Source: a virus
Taxonomy: Duplodnaviria; Caudoviricetes
Direction: 5' to 3' (one strand)
IMG/VR virus record: IMGVR_UViG_3300007214_000006
Length of the DNA stretch: 64,000 nt
This document shows positions 37,131-47,375 of the stretch, piece after piece. How positions within the stretch are numbered: position 1 is the stretch's first letter; each line of letters starts with the position of its first letter. Position numbers and translations under genes: made by a program. Under the pieces are notes generated by a model. It was not told the DNA's origin, made no database searches, and saw only the letters and a program-made list of their open reading frames with translations.

Positions 37131-38058
37131 AAAAATATTAATTACTGGCGGCTGTGGTTTTGTCGGTAGGCACTTTGCTAGTTATTTTTCTAAAACAAAT
37201 GATGTTACTATCGTCGATAATATGTCATCAGAAAGCTCTCTATATCCAGAACAATGGATGGATAGATTGCAATGTTCAATAAAATTTATTGAGTCTGATA
37301 TTATAGAATATCTAAAAACAAATATAGAGCATTTTGATATAGTAATCCATTTAGCAGCAGTAGTGGGAGGCAGACAAAAGATAGAAAATAATCCAATGGA
37401 TATTGCTCAGGATTTAAATATAGATTCGTATGTTATAAATTGGTGTGCAAAAAATAATTCTAGGCTAATTTTTTTCTCATCTAGCGCCGTGTATCCTGTA
37501 TCACACCAAACATATAATACTCATCAAAAACTTCACGAAGATTTGATGAATTTCGATGATAATTTTGGTGTTCCAGATTTGACATATGGCTGGGCAAAAA
37601 TGACTGGAGAATATTTATGTAAAATAGCACATCAAAAACTTGGACTAAAATGTATTGTATATAGGCCATTTTCTGGATACGGAGAGGATCAAAATGAAGT
37701 TTATCCATTTCCAGCGATTATAAAAAGAGTAATTCATCAAGAAAATCCTTTGTCTATTTGGAGTAACAGTATTAGGGATTTTGTGCATATAGACGATATT
37801 GTTAAATATGTCGATAAAACTATGTTTGATTTTTCTGATGGTAGTCCATTAAATATCGGAACTTCAATAGCAACATCTTTTATGGAATTAGCAAACCAAG
37901 CAGCTATTTTATATGGTTATAATCCAAAAGTTATTGTCCTAAATGATAAGCCACAAGGAGTTTATTATAGAGTATCAAAATCGTCAATCGACTATTCCAT
38001 AAACTTGACCAATGGAATTGAAAAAAGCATAAACCATTTATTAAAAAGAACAATATAA
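37123..38058 (+). CDS. NAD-dependent nucleotide-sugar epimerase/dehydratase
   Basis: ILITGGCGFVG, HLAA, FSSSAVY, YGWAK, RDFVHIDD. Confidence 0.9.
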   Translation: MNKKILITGGCGFVGRHFASYFSKTNDVTIVDNMSSESSLYPEQWMDRLQCSIKFIESDIIEYLKTNIEHFDIVIHLAAVVGGRQKIENNPMDIAQDLNIDSYVINWCAKNNSRLIFFSSSAVYPVSHQTYNTHQKLHEDLMNFDDNFGVPDLTYGWAKMTGEYLCKIAHQKLGLKCIVYRPFSGYGEDQNEVYPFPAIIKRVIHQENPLSIWSNSIRDFVHIDDIVKYVDKTMFDFSDGSPLNIGTSIATSFMELANQAAILYGYNPKVIVLNDKPQGVYYRVSKSSIDYSINLTNGIEKSINHLLKRTI

Positions 38059-38684
38059 TGTTAATTACCTTTAATTCAATAGTACAAAAATATGGAAAAC
38101 CCAAGGGCGTTATACATATCGGCGCCCATCTCATGGAAGAAAGAGATGATTATATTAATGAAGGCATAAACAATATTATTTGGATAGAAGCAAATCCGAG
38201 TGTATTTTCTGTCATAAATAAAAAGCAGATATCCAAAAATGAAAAAGTATTCAATTATACCATATCTGATACAGATAATCAAATAATAAATTTTTATATT
38301 ACAAATAATGGCCAATCATCTTCTATTCTAGAATTAGATAAACATAAAATCTATCATCCATCGATTTTTATCACGGAAACTATACAAACGCAAACTAAAA
38401 GAATGGATACAATAGTATTAGAAAAAAATATCGACATAGGATTATATGACTTTCTAAATATAGATATTCAGGGTGCCGAGCTACTAGCCTTAAAAGGATT
38501 TGGTGATTTAATTAATAATATAAAATATATATATACTGAAATTAATACAAATACACTATATGAAAATTGTGCATTAATTAATGATATTGATGAATACCTG
38601 AATAGCTATGGATTTAAAAGAGTTGAAACAGAACTGACTGATTTTGAATGGGGGGATGCTTTATATATTAAAGGAACTCAATAA
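38058..38684 (+). CDS. FkbM-family methyltransferase
   Basis: VIHIGAH..EE, IEANP, SSSIL, FLNIDIQGAEL..LKG, WGDALY. Confidence 0.88.
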   Translation: MLITFNSIVQKYGKPKGVIHIGAHLMEERDDYINEGINNIIWIEANPSVFSVINKKQISKNEKVFNYTISDTDNQIINFYITNNGQSSSILELDKHKIYHPSIFITETIQTQTKRMDTIVLEKNIDIGLYDFLNIDIQGAELLALKGFGDLINNIKYIYTEINTNTLYENCALINDIDEYLNSYGFKRVETELTDFEWGDALYIKGTQ

Positions 38685-38686
38685 CT

Positions 38687-39430
38687 ATGTTTAATCAATG
38701 TGATTCAAATATGATAACACTTGCAATACCTAATTATAATAGATCTGAACTAGTTATAGAAAGCTTTGCTCATGTTATAAATGACAATAGAATAAATGAA
38801 ATAATTATATTAGATGATTTTTCTGATATAATAATATATAATGACTTAAAAAGTAAAATACAAAATATTAATAATCCAAAAATTAAACTTTATAGGAATG
38901 ATAGCAATCTTGGAGCTTTTTTGAATAAAAAAAAATCTGTTACACTATCAAAGAATGATTGGATAATATTATTAGATTCTGATAATATAATTGATATAAA
39001 TTATATTGATGCTATTATAGATAAAAAAGACACCAAAACTATCTATTGTCCGTCACATGCTATTTGTGACTCATCAACACTAAATTATAAACCATATGTG
39101 AGTATATTATCTAAAAAAGATTATAAAAATATCATTTGTAATGGAAGAAGTATTTGGGATTGTATTTTTAATACTGGCAATTATTTTTTTTATAAAAACA
39201 CATATTTGGAATGTATAGATAAAGAACAAAAAATAAAAAATCCATTTGCTGCGGATGCTTATTATATGATTTATTTACTATTTAAGAATATAGAAGATTC
39301 AAAATTCGAAGTTGTTGATGGTCTATCATACTGTCATAGACTTCATTCTTCAAGTTATTTTTTAAATAATAGTCACAATAGTGAAAAATTTATAGCTGAA
39401 ATAAATGAAGATATTAAAAAATGGTTATAA
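38687..39430 (+). CDS. glycosyltransferase family 2
   Basis: ITLAIPNYNR, IILDDFSD, NLGAF, ILLDSDN. Confidence 0.82.
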   Translation: MFNQCDSNMITLAIPNYNRSELVIESFAHVINDNRINEIIILDDFSDIIIYNDLKSKIQNINNPKIKLYRNDSNLGAFLNKKKSVTLSKNDWIILLDSDNIIDINYIDAIIDKKDTKTIYCPSHAICDSSTLNYKPYVSILSKKDYKNIICNGRSIWDCIFNTGNYFFYKNTYLECIDKEQKIKNPFAADAYYMIYLLFKNIEDSKFEVVDGLSYCHRLHSSSYFLNNSHNSEKFIAEINEDIKKWL

Positions 39431-39433
39431 GTT

Positions 39434-40270
39434 ATGTTAAAAATTAATGAAAGTTTTAGACCAAGAAACATATTAGAATATCCACCAAATAACAAACAAA
39501 CATTTGAAGAATATTTTTATGATCAATATATTATAGACAATACAATAACAGATAGAATCTATATTCCAATATTTTGGACCAACTATTATATATCAAAAAA
39601 TTATGGACAAGCAGAGTTATCTGAACTACAAGAAGTTTTAGATAATTTAGACAGAAATAAAAAATATTTTACTATTATTCAATATGATGATAATATCTTA
39701 AATAATTTAAAAGATCTTGATATAATAATTTTTGCACAAGGTGGATATGGCAATTTTAAAGATAAAAGTTATGCTATATCATTAAATTGTCAAGGAAATT
39801 ATCATACTAATACAATAGATAAAAATATATTTGCTTCTTTTGTCGGTAGACAAACCCATCCTATAAGAAGTATGATTTTCAATCAATTTAAAGATAAAGA
39901 GAATTATTTTATTTCTAATCCTATAGACTATAGCTCATATAGAGATATTATGAATAGAAGCTTGTTTTCTCTTTGCCCTAGAGGATATGGTCTAACATCA
40001 TTTAGAATATGCGAATCTTTACAGTTTGGGTCTATACCTGTATATATTTATGATGATGAATTTATTCCTTTTAAAAATGAATTCGAATTTAATAAGATTG
40101 GAATTTTAATAAAACAAAATGATATTCAATATATAGATGAAATATTAATATCTAATAAAAATAATATTAAAACATTTAATGAAAATAGAAAAAATATATA
40201 TAATAAATATTTTAATTACAGTGGTACAAAAAATTCTATTTTGGAAATCTTAAAAAAAAGTAACATATAA
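39434..40270 (+). CDS. exostosin-family (GT47-like) glycosyltransferase
   Basis: ASFVG..THPIR, MNRSLFSLCPRGYG..SFRICESLQFGSIPVYI..D..IPF. Confidence 0.82.
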   Translation: MLKINESFRPRNILEYPPNNKQTFEEYFYDQYIIDNTITDRIYIPIFWTNYYISKNYGQAELSELQEVLDNLDRNKKYFTIIQYDDNILNNLKDLDIIIFAQGGYGNFKDKSYAISLNCQGNYHTNTIDKNIFASFVGRQTHPIRSMIFNQFKDKENYFISNPIDYSSYRDIMNRSLFSLCPRGYGLTSFRICESLQFGSIPVYIYDDEFIPFKNEFEFNKIGILIKQNDIQYIDEILISNKNNIKTFNENRKNIYNKYFNYSGTKNSILEILKKSNI

Positions 40271-40334
40271 AATGGTAGTGGTTCAAATATAAATGGAACC
40301 TCATACACAACTAATAATAGTATTGCCATAAAAA

Positions 40335-41045
40335 ATGAAATATATTAAATTTACTGAATCAGAGATTAAACTTTTCTATTCAACTATTATTAAAAAAGAT
40401 GAAACATATCTTACAAGATATGATATTTTATCAAATGAAGATAAAGAATTTTTAGATAATATCTTATCTCGTCCAAGTTACAGATGGGATGTTAGAGATT
40501 ATAGTAGAGTTAGAACAATATTAGATTTTAAAAATTGGATCAATAAATACCAAATAAATATTGATAAATTAGCATATACATATGAGGATGATCCCGAAAT
40601 TAAATTATTAAATTATAATAGCAAATTTCTAATAAATTATGACGGAGTAAATGGAGATTTACATGAAATAGATTATGATAATGAGTTTGATTTTTTCTTA
40701 TTCAATCAGACAATAGAGCATTTGTATAATCCCTTTGTGTGTGTTCAAAATATTTACAAATCACTAAAATTAGGTGGTTATGTTTTTACAAGTGTTCCTA
40801 CTATAAATATACCGCACTCTACCCCAATACATTTCAATGGATTTAATACTATGGGTTTATCAATGCTATTCAAAACGTGCGGATTTGAAATTTTAGAAGT
40901 CGGCCAATGGGGCAATTATGAATATATAAATAAACTTTTTAGTACACATATGTGGCCAGGATATTCAAATCTATCTGAAAATGGTATCAAAAACGAAGAA
41001 AAAAATATAGTTAGTTGTTGGATTTTAGCAAAAAAAGTAACTTAA
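40335..41045 (+). CDS. class I SAM methyltransferase-like (type 11 core, divergent motif I)
   Basis: DLHEI...FDFFLFNQTIEHLYNP...IYKSLKLGGYVFTSVP. Confidence 0.7.
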   Translation: MKYIKFTESEIKLFYSTIIKKDETYLTRYDILSNEDKEFLDNILSRPSYRWDVRDYSRVRTILDFKNWINKYQINIDKLAYTYEDDPEIKLLNYNSKFLINYDGVNGDLHEIDYDNEFDFFLFNQTIEHLYNPFVCVQNIYKSLKLGGYVFTSVPTINIPHSTPIHFNGFNTMGLSMLFKTCGFEILEVGQWGNYEYINKLFSTHMWPGYSNLSENGIKNEEKNIVSCWILAKKVT

Positions 41046-41046
41046 A

Positions 41047-41835
41047 ATGATAATAATAAAACTACAAGGTGGATTGGGAAATCAGCTATTTCAATGGGCT
41101 CTTGGTAAAAGTTTATCAATAGAACTAATCTGTGAAACATATCTTGATTTATCTTTTCTTAATTTAACAATTCCAGGGATAACTAAAAGATATTTCGAAT
41201 TAGACAAATTTCCATACATTACAGAAAAACCTATTATGAATAAATATAAATATTTTAATTTTAATGTTATTAATGATGATTCATCAATTGATAATGTTAA
41301 TAAAAATATGAATTATTATCTTGATGGATATTTTCAACATAAAAAATATATTGCTATATATAATGATAATATATCAAAACTTTTACAACCGGATATAAAC
41401 AATATAAATATTGACAAATCCCTATTAGAAAAAATAATCAATACAAATAGCCTGTCTATACATGTGAGAAGAACAGATTATTTGACATCAAAAGGATTTC
41501 ATCCAGTACAGAGTATCAAATATTATAATAATGCAATTGATCAAGTTAAAAATTATGATAATATATTTATATTTTCTGATGATATTACCTGGTGCAAAAA
41601 TAATTTTATTTATGAAAATATGCATTTTATAGAAGGATTAAGCTCTACATATGACTTATGGCTCATGTCATTATGCAAAAATAATATAATTGCAAATAGT
41701 TCTTTTAGTTGGTGGGCAGCGTACCTAAATAGAAATGTAAATAAAATAATTGTAGCTCCACAAAAATGGTTTGGTTCATCGAAATCAGACAATGACAGTC
41801 TTGTAATGGATGGCTGGATTAGAATTGATTCATGA
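41047..41835 (+). CDS. GT11 alpha-1,2-fucosyltransferase-like
   Basis: GGLGNQLFQ, GYFQ, SIHVRRTDY, IFSDD..W, IIANSSFSWW. Confidence 0.9.
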   Translation: MIIIKLQGGLGNQLFQWALGKSLSIELICETYLDLSFLNLTIPGITKRYFELDKFPYITEKPIMNKYKYFNFNVINDDSSIDNVNKNMNYYLDGYFQHKKYIAIYNDNISKLLQPDINNINIDKSLLEKIINTNSLSIHVRRTDYLTSKGFHPVQSIKYYNNAIDQVKNYDNIFIFSDDITWCKNNFIYENMHFIEGLSSTYDLWLMSLCKNNIIANSSFSWWAAYLNRNVNKIIVAPQKWFGSSKSDNDSLVMDGWIRIDS

Positions 41836-41843
41836 AAAACAGC

Positions 41844-41871
41844 TTGATTCCGCCTGACTATCTGTTATCAT
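41844..41871 (+). promoter_or_regulatory. sigma70-like promoter
   Basis: TTGATT 41844-41849, 16-nt spacer, TG-n-TATCAT 41866-41871. Confidence 0.6.
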
Positions 41872-41889
41872 ATGGAAGAAGGAGATACT

Positions 41890-41979
41890 ATGTCAGAATT
41901 CGTTTTATTTTGCATATTTTGCGCCTGTGTATTGGGGTGGTTTGATGGTGGAAAAAAAATAAAAAATTATGATCAATAG
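41890..41979 (+). CDS. 29-aa hydrophobic peptide (not in ORF track)
   Basis: AAGGAG RBS, ATG 41890: MSEFVLFCIFCACVLGWFDGGKKIKNYDQ. Confidence 0.5.
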   Translation: MSEFVLFCIFCACVLGWFDGGKKIKNYDQ

Positions 41980-42517
41980 ATTAAAAAATCAAAGAGTATA
42001 TCTTGCTGGTGCTATGGATAGGGCTGCAGACAGAGGGAATGGTTGGAGAGACAATATAACTCCATTTTTGGAGTCTCTGAATATTATTGTGTTTAATCCA
42101 ATAAAAAAACCATCCTTAATAGGAAAAGAAGACGAGGCAACTCATCAATTAAAAAAAATATTAAAGTCTGAATTAAAATACGATGATTTGTCTCAGCTAA
42201 TGAAAACGATTAGGTCAGTAGACCTAAGACTTGTGGATATCAGCGATTTTCTGATAGTTAATCTAGATTTAGATATACATCCATGCGGAACTTATGAAGA
42301 AATATTTTGGGCAAATAGACAAAAAAAACCGATTATAATACATATGGTACAAGGAAAACAAAATGCTCCAGATTGGTTATTTGGAACTATACCTCATCAA
42401 ATGATTTTTTCATCCTGGAATGATATCCAAAAATACCTCATTTCTATTGCAAATAATACTGATATAATTACCTATAATAGATGGCACTTTTTTACATGCA
42501 AGGAAAAAAATGAATAA
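41969..42517 (+). CDS. nucleoside 2-deoxyribosyltransferase-like protein
   Basis: VYLAGAM, VFNP, DLRLVDISDFLIV, GTYEE. Confidence 0.75.
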   Translation: MINRLKNQRVYLAGAMDRAADRGNGWRDNITPFLESLNIIVFNPIKKPSLIGKEDEATHQLKKILKSELKYDDLSQLMKTIRSVDLRLVDISDFLIVNLDLDIHPCGTYEEIFWANRQKKPIIIHMVQGKQNAPDWLFGTIPHQMIFSSWNDIQKYLISIANNTDIITYNRWHFFTCKEKNE

Positions 42518-43340
42518 GATACAAATAGAAAATCATGATTTTTATTATTTAGATTCAGATGATCCTGTAATATCTAATCTAAAAACAAAAAAACTATATG
42601 GCTTAAGCAATTATATACTATTAAAACATTTTTCTCAGAATGCACAAGGATGGATTATAGACTGCGGCGCTCACATAGGAACATTCTCTTTTGTGCCAGC
42701 TATAGAACAAAATAAAATACTGCTCATTGAAGCAGCTACTCAGAATTACGAATGCTTAGAATTAACATTTAAACATTTTACTAATGCTATTATAGAAAAA
42801 GCTATAGTATTAGATAAAAAACAGAACTGTAATTTTTCTTCAGATTATGGGCCATTTGGCTCGCCAGTATTGGAAGACTCAGGCTCTGAACAATCAACAA
42901 CAATAGATGAAATATGCAATAAACACAATATAGATTCAGTATCTATGATAAAAATAGATATTGAAGGCTTTGAAGAAGAAGCAATCATAGGCGCTCAAGA
43001 TACAATTAATAAAAATAAACCAATTATGCTATTGGAAATAAATGGACATTGCCTAAGAATTAGAAATAAAAAACCATTAAGTATTTTTCAAAAAATAGAA
43101 GATATGAATTATTTTTCATTTATTATTAATGGTAATATCTTAATACCAATAAATAAAAATGACAAATTCCCATTTTGTGTCACAGACGTTCTTTGTATCC
43201 ATAGAGATAATATTCATAAATATATTGGTTTTTGTAAAATTTCTGATCAACTATCCAATGACGATATAGAAAAAATACTAGAGCATAATTATGCACAGTC
43301 TAATGAGGATTGTAAAAAATATTTTCAAACTATAGTATAA
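42510..43340 (+). CDS. FkbM-family methyltransferase
   Basis: IDCGAHIG.FS, IEAA, IKIDIEGFE, P.MLLE. Confidence 0.88.
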   Translation: MNKIQIENHDFYYLDSDDPVISNLKTKKLYGLSNYILLKHFSQNAQGWIIDCGAHIGTFSFVPAIEQNKILLIEAATQNYECLELTFKHFTNAIIEKAIVLDKKQNCNFSSDYGPFGSPVLEDSGSEQSTTIDEICNKHNIDSVSMIKIDIEGFEEEAIIGAQDTINKNKPIMLLEINGHCLRIRNKKPLSIFQKIEDMNYFSFIINGNILIPINKNDKFPFCVTDVLCIHRDNIHKYIGFCKISDQLSNDDIEKILEHNYAQSNEDCKKYFQTIV

Positions 43341-43346
43341 TAGCAC

Positions 43347-43550
43347 ATGCCAAAATATTATGTCAAATCAGGACAAATTAAATTTATAGTTGACTGTACT
43401 GATCACATATGTGCTATATTAGCTGCGCTAACTCATTATAAGGGTAAAGGTATTTTGACTGGACCAAAGATATGCGTTGGAGAGCAAGGGTTCGAAGATT
43501 TTAAAAAATGGAAATGTTATGATACGGATAAATTTTTGAAAGAAATATGA
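43347..43550 (+). CDS. hypothetical protein
   Basis: ORF track 67 aa. Confidence 0.55.
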   Translation: MPKYYVKSGQIKFIVDCTDHICAILAALTHYKGKGILTGPKICVGEQGFEDFKKWKCYDTDKFLKEI

Positions 43551-44668
43551 TGCAAAAAATAATTAACGAAATTAAGTTAGATTTTGATGATGTTCTAATA
43601 AGACCAAAAAGATCAACACTAAATAGTAGAGCAGAGGTTTGTCTTCAAAGAGAATTCAAATTTAAATATTCTCCAAGAAAATTATTAACTGTTCCTATTA
43701 TGGTTGCAAATATGGATACAGTAGGAACATTCGCTATGGCTAAATCTTTAGGTGTCCAGAGGGCTATTACTTGTCTACATAAGCATTATAAAATAAACGA
43801 ATACGTTGCATTTTATACAGATCCTAGCATAGTCAATAAAAATCTTGCATTTTATTCTATTGGAACAAGTGAAAAAGATATCATGAAAGCTGTTGATGTA
43901 TTCAACCAAATAAAAAGTTTTAAACTTGAACCTCCAAATATTTGTTTGGATGTCGCCAATGGATACACAGAACAGTTTGTAAAAACAGCATATAGACTTC
44001 GTAATTTGTTTCCCGATTCCATAATTATGGCTGGAAATGTAGTCACTCCAGAAATGACAGAAGAATTGATCATTCATGGTCAGGTAGATATAGTAAAGGT
44101 TGGTATAGGATCTGGTAGCGTGTGTACCACGCGGTTAAAAACTGGTGTGGGATACCCCCAATTGAGTGCCGTAATGGAGTGTGCGGATGCTGCACACGGT
44201 CTTGGCGGACACATTTGTTCAGATGGTGGGTGTAAAGTTGTTGGAGATGTTTGCAAGGCATTTGGAGGTAATAGTGATTTTGTTATGTTGGGCAGTATAT
44301 TTGCTGGTGTTGACGAATGTGAAGGAGAATGGAAGTACGAGTACCTTACTGCTCAAGGATTTTGGCAACCATTAAGCCCAAATGACTTGATTGATTGCAC
44401 AAAAAGAAAAGTATCTTTAAAATACTATGGTATGAGTAGTAAAAACGCTATGGATAAACACCACAATGGTATTGCACAATACAGAACATCTGAAGGTAAA
44501 TGCGTAGTAGTTCCATATAAAGGAACAGCTGAAGAAATTATTAATGATATTTATGGAGGAATACGAAGCGCTTGCACATATATTGGTGCTAATAAAATTA
44601 AAGACTTTGGGAAAAAAACAACATTCATGCAGGTAAACAATACACACAATAAAGTATACGAAAAATGA
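43547..44668 (+). CDS. guaC: GMP reductase
   Basis: LDFDDVLIRPKRSTL, ANMDTVGTF, LDVANGY, KVGIGSGSVCTTR..TGVGYPQLSAV.ECADAAHG, YGMSS, RSACTY. Confidence 0.93.
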   Translation: MMQKIINEIKLDFDDVLIRPKRSTLNSRAEVCLQREFKFKYSPRKLLTVPIMVANMDTVGTFAMAKSLGVQRAITCLHKHYKINEYVAFYTDPSIVNKNLAFYSIGTSEKDIMKAVDVFNQIKSFKLEPPNICLDVANGYTEQFVKTAYRLRNLFPDSIIMAGNVVTPEMTEELIIHGQVDIVKVGIGSGSVCTTRLKTGVGYPQLSAVMECADAAHGLGGHICSDGGCKVVGDVCKAFGGNSDFVMLGSIFAGVDECEGEWKYEYLTAQGFWQPLSPNDLIDCTKRKVSLKYYGMSSKNAMDKHHNGIAQYRTSEGKCVVVPYKGTAEEIINDIYGGIRSACTYIGANKIKDFGKKTTFMQVNNTHNKVYEK

Positions 44669-45726
44669 ATATAAATATTTCATGTCCTATTAATAATACG
44701 GGTTATGGATTAGCATCAATAAATATTCTCAAATCGTTATATGAAAAGGGTTCAAATATAACATATTTTCCCATAGGAAATCCGCATATTAATTCTGAGC
44801 AAGACAAAGAAATAATTGTTCAGATGTATAATAATAGATTAAAATGTGATATTTTATCTCCATATATTAAAATATGGCATCAGTTTGATTTATTGGATCA
44901 TGTGGGTAAAGGTAAATATTATGCTTTTCCTTTCTTTGAGTTAGACACATTTAACGATCAAGAAAAAATAAGTCTCAGTGTTCCCGATGTTATATTTGCT
45001 ACAAGCGAATGGGCTAAAAATATTATACAAAATAATATTTCTACTCCTACAGAGGTTATACCTCTTGGTGTTGACATATCTATTTTTGATAGTATAAAAA
45101 TACAAAAAACAAGAAAAAACGAAAAATATATTTTTCTAAATATTGGTAAATGGGAAATAAGAAAAGGTCATGACTTTATATATAAAATATTTAAAGATGC
45201 TTTTCCCAAAGAAAACGATGTGGAATTATGGGTCCTGGCTTCTGAAAAAACAAACAATTACTCTAGCGAAAATGAACTTAAAACATGGAAACAAATTTAT
45301 TCGAATGATCCAAGAATAAAATTATTTAATGGAATGAATAATCAATACGAAATTGCTGAATTAATAGCAAATTCAGACTGCGGACTTTATCCATCTAGAG
45401 CAGAAGGCTGGAATTTAGAGCTATTAGAAACAATGGCTATGAATAAACCTGTTATAGCAACAGATTATTCGGCACATACAGAATTTTGTAACAAAAATAA
45501 TTGCATGCTCATAGATATTGATGAGACAGAAAAAGCATTTGACAATAAAGCATTTGTAGGTCAGGGAAATTGGGCTAAAATAGGACCAAATCAAATAGAA
45601 CAAACTATAAATCATATGAGAAATGCTTATAATAATAGAATTGTTACTAATAATAATGGATTAATAACGGCCAATAAATACACATGGTCTAACACTGCTG
45701 ATCATATATTAAGGTGTATATCCTAA
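44665..45726 (+). CDS. glycosyltransferase family 4 (GT-B retaining)
   Basis: TGYG, IPLGVD, FLNIGKWEIRKG, PSRAEGWNLELLETMAMNKPVIAT. Confidence 0.88.
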   Translation: MNINISCPINNTGYGLASINILKSLYEKGSNITYFPIGNPHINSEQDKEIIVQMYNNRLKCDILSPYIKIWHQFDLLDHVGKGKYYAFPFFELDTFNDQEKISLSVPDVIFATSEWAKNIIQNNISTPTEVIPLGVDISIFDSIKIQKTRKNEKYIFLNIGKWEIRKGHDFIYKIFKDAFPKENDVELWVLASEKTNNYSSENELKTWKQIYSNDPRIKLFNGMNNQYEIAELIANSDCGLYPSRAEGWNLELLETMAMNKPVIATDYSAHTEFCNKNNCMLIDIDETEKAFDNKAFVGQGNWAKIGPNQIEQTINHMRNAYNNRIVTNNNGLITANKYTWSNTADHILRCIS

Positions 45727-45751
45727 TAACTCTAATATTATAGGAATAATT

Positions 45752-46423
45752 ATGCCAATACCAAAACCAGAAAAAAATGAAGATAGAAAAAAATTTATAT
45801 CAAGGTGTATGGGAAATGACACAATGGTTAAGGAATATCCTGATAATAAACAAAGAATTGCTATTTGTCTAGGACAGGCTTCTCTAGTGACGGCGGATAA
45901 CGATTCTGTTTTGGCTCGGGTATGTGAATCTATAGAACTGATCAGATTTATGGAAGAAGCAGATTTCGGTTTCGAAGAAGAACTAACGGCAGAAAATTTT
46001 TATGATCCAAAACAAGAAGACTATGAAGATTTAGGATACCCAGTAGAAGATATAGAAGAATTCGATATCATATTTTCTAAATTTGAATATAGAGATCCAC
46101 AAACCAATGAATTATATTACTATGACAGAAAAGGTATTTATACTAAAGATGGAAGACAACTAATTTACATAGGGAAAGCATCTGAATATCAGGGAAGGAA
46201 AGTTCAATTAAATAAACCATTCAGAACTCCAGGTGGTCCTAAAAAATTTAGCGTTTATGTCAAGAACGATAAAGGAAACGTGGTTAAAGTAAATTTTGGT
46301 GATCCAAATATGAAAATAAAGAAAAATATTCCAGAAAGACGCAAAAGCTTTAGAGCAAGACACAACTGTGATAATCCTGGTCCAAAATGGAAAGCAAGAT
46401 ATTGGTCTTGTAGAGCGTGGTAA
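45752..46423 (+). CDS. hypothetical protein (phage-type conserved motifs)
   Basis: MPIPKP...FISRCM...QRIAIC N-terminus; basic C-terminus KFSVYVKN...VNFGDPNM..RKSFRARHNC...RYWSC. Confidence 0.7.
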   Translation: MPIPKPEKNEDRKKFISRCMGNDTMVKEYPDNKQRIAICLGQASLVTADNDSVLARVCESIELIRFMEEADFGFEEELTAENFYDPKQEDYEDLGYPVEDIEEFDIIFSKFEYRDPQTNELYYYDRKGIYTKDGRQLIYIGKASEYQGRKVQLNKPFRTPGGPKKFSVYVKNDKGNVVKVNFGDPNMKIKKNIPERRKSFRARHNCDNPGPKWKARYWSCRAW

Positions 46424-46860
46424 ATATTATGAAATCTATATCAGAATTATTACAAGAACAAGAGCAAAATAATACCGAAGTAGTTAGCACTTGTCCAGGA
46501 GCTACTCAAGATATTTCTATAAACTTATCTAATAGACAAATATGCGTTAATAAAGCAAACTACGGACCAGCTAATCCTTTGCTGGATAATCCAGATTTTT
46601 GGACAAAAAAAGCTGAATTATTCAAAACATCCATAGAAGAAGCAAAAACTATGAGATGCTATAATTGTGCTGCATTTATCAAAAAAGATAAAATTATGAA
46701 ATGTATAGAAAAAGGAATCTGCGAAGAAGATATGAATGAGGCCGCTAAAATAGTTGAACTTGCTAATCTTGGATATTGTGAATTATTCGATTTTAAATGT
46801 GCTGGCGAACGAACCTGTGATGCGTGGATTGCGGGTGGTCCTTTAACTGATGAGGTATAA
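46417..46860 (+). CDS. Cys-rich hypothetical protein
   Basis: CPGATQD..NL.NR, YGPANP, RCYNCAAF, GYCELFDFKCAG.RTCDAW. Confidence 0.7.
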   Translation: MVNIMKSISELLQEQEQNNTEVVSTCPGATQDISINLSNRQICVNKANYGPANPLLDNPDFWTKKAELFKTSIEEAKTMRCYNCAAFIKKDKIMKCIEKGICEEDMNEAAKIVELANLGYCELFDFKCAGERTCDAWIAGGPLTDEV

Positions 46861-46862
46861 CA

Positions 46863-47333
46863 ATGGATCGTATACATGATATCTTAAATTCTGTAAATGA
46901 AACCTTAAAAAATAAAGCAGAAGAAATGGATTTTACAGAGATAGAACAGATAGAGGAGACGCCAGAAATGGAAATGATGGAATATAAAAAAGATTTCTAT
47001 GAAATGAGTCTTGGATCATTAAGAGCAATCGCTACTCATGCCAATGAAATATTAAAATCTGTGGACATGCCACATGTAAAAGAAAACTTGACAGAAAGCT
47101 GGCTACAGGGTAAAATCGCCATAACAGAGGACTACATGAGAACGATTCACGATTTTATCATGTATGTATCTGAAGCATCCGATAATATATCAGCAGCCGA
47201 TAGACCAGGACTCTGGGAAAACATAAGAAAAAAGAGAGAAAGAATGGGCAAAAAATACAAACCAGCTAAACCTGGAGATAAAGATAGACCAAATCCAGAA
47301 CAATGGAAAAAATTAACCAAAAAAGATAAGTAA
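46863..47333 (+). CDS. hypothetical protein
   Basis: 156 aa; C-terminal PGLWENIRKKRER...KPGDKDRP. Confidence 0.7.
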   Translation: MDRIHDILNSVNETLKNKAEEMDFTEIEQIEETPEMEMMEYKKDFYEMSLGSLRAIATHANEILKSVDMPHVKENLTESWLQGKIAITEDYMRTIHDFIMYVSEASDNISAADRPGLWENIRKKRERMGKKYKPAKPGDKDRPNPEQWKKLTKKDK

Positions 47334-47375
47334 AACTACTTAGATTTATTTTTTATAGGACTTGAAAGGATATTA

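Noticed and set aside
24233-45726. Bacterial O-antigen/capsule locus (cellular origin)
   Set aside because: No wzx/wzy/wzz, ABC exporter or initiating phosphoglycosyltransferase; embedded among rIIA/B, a phage sigma and fibre genes
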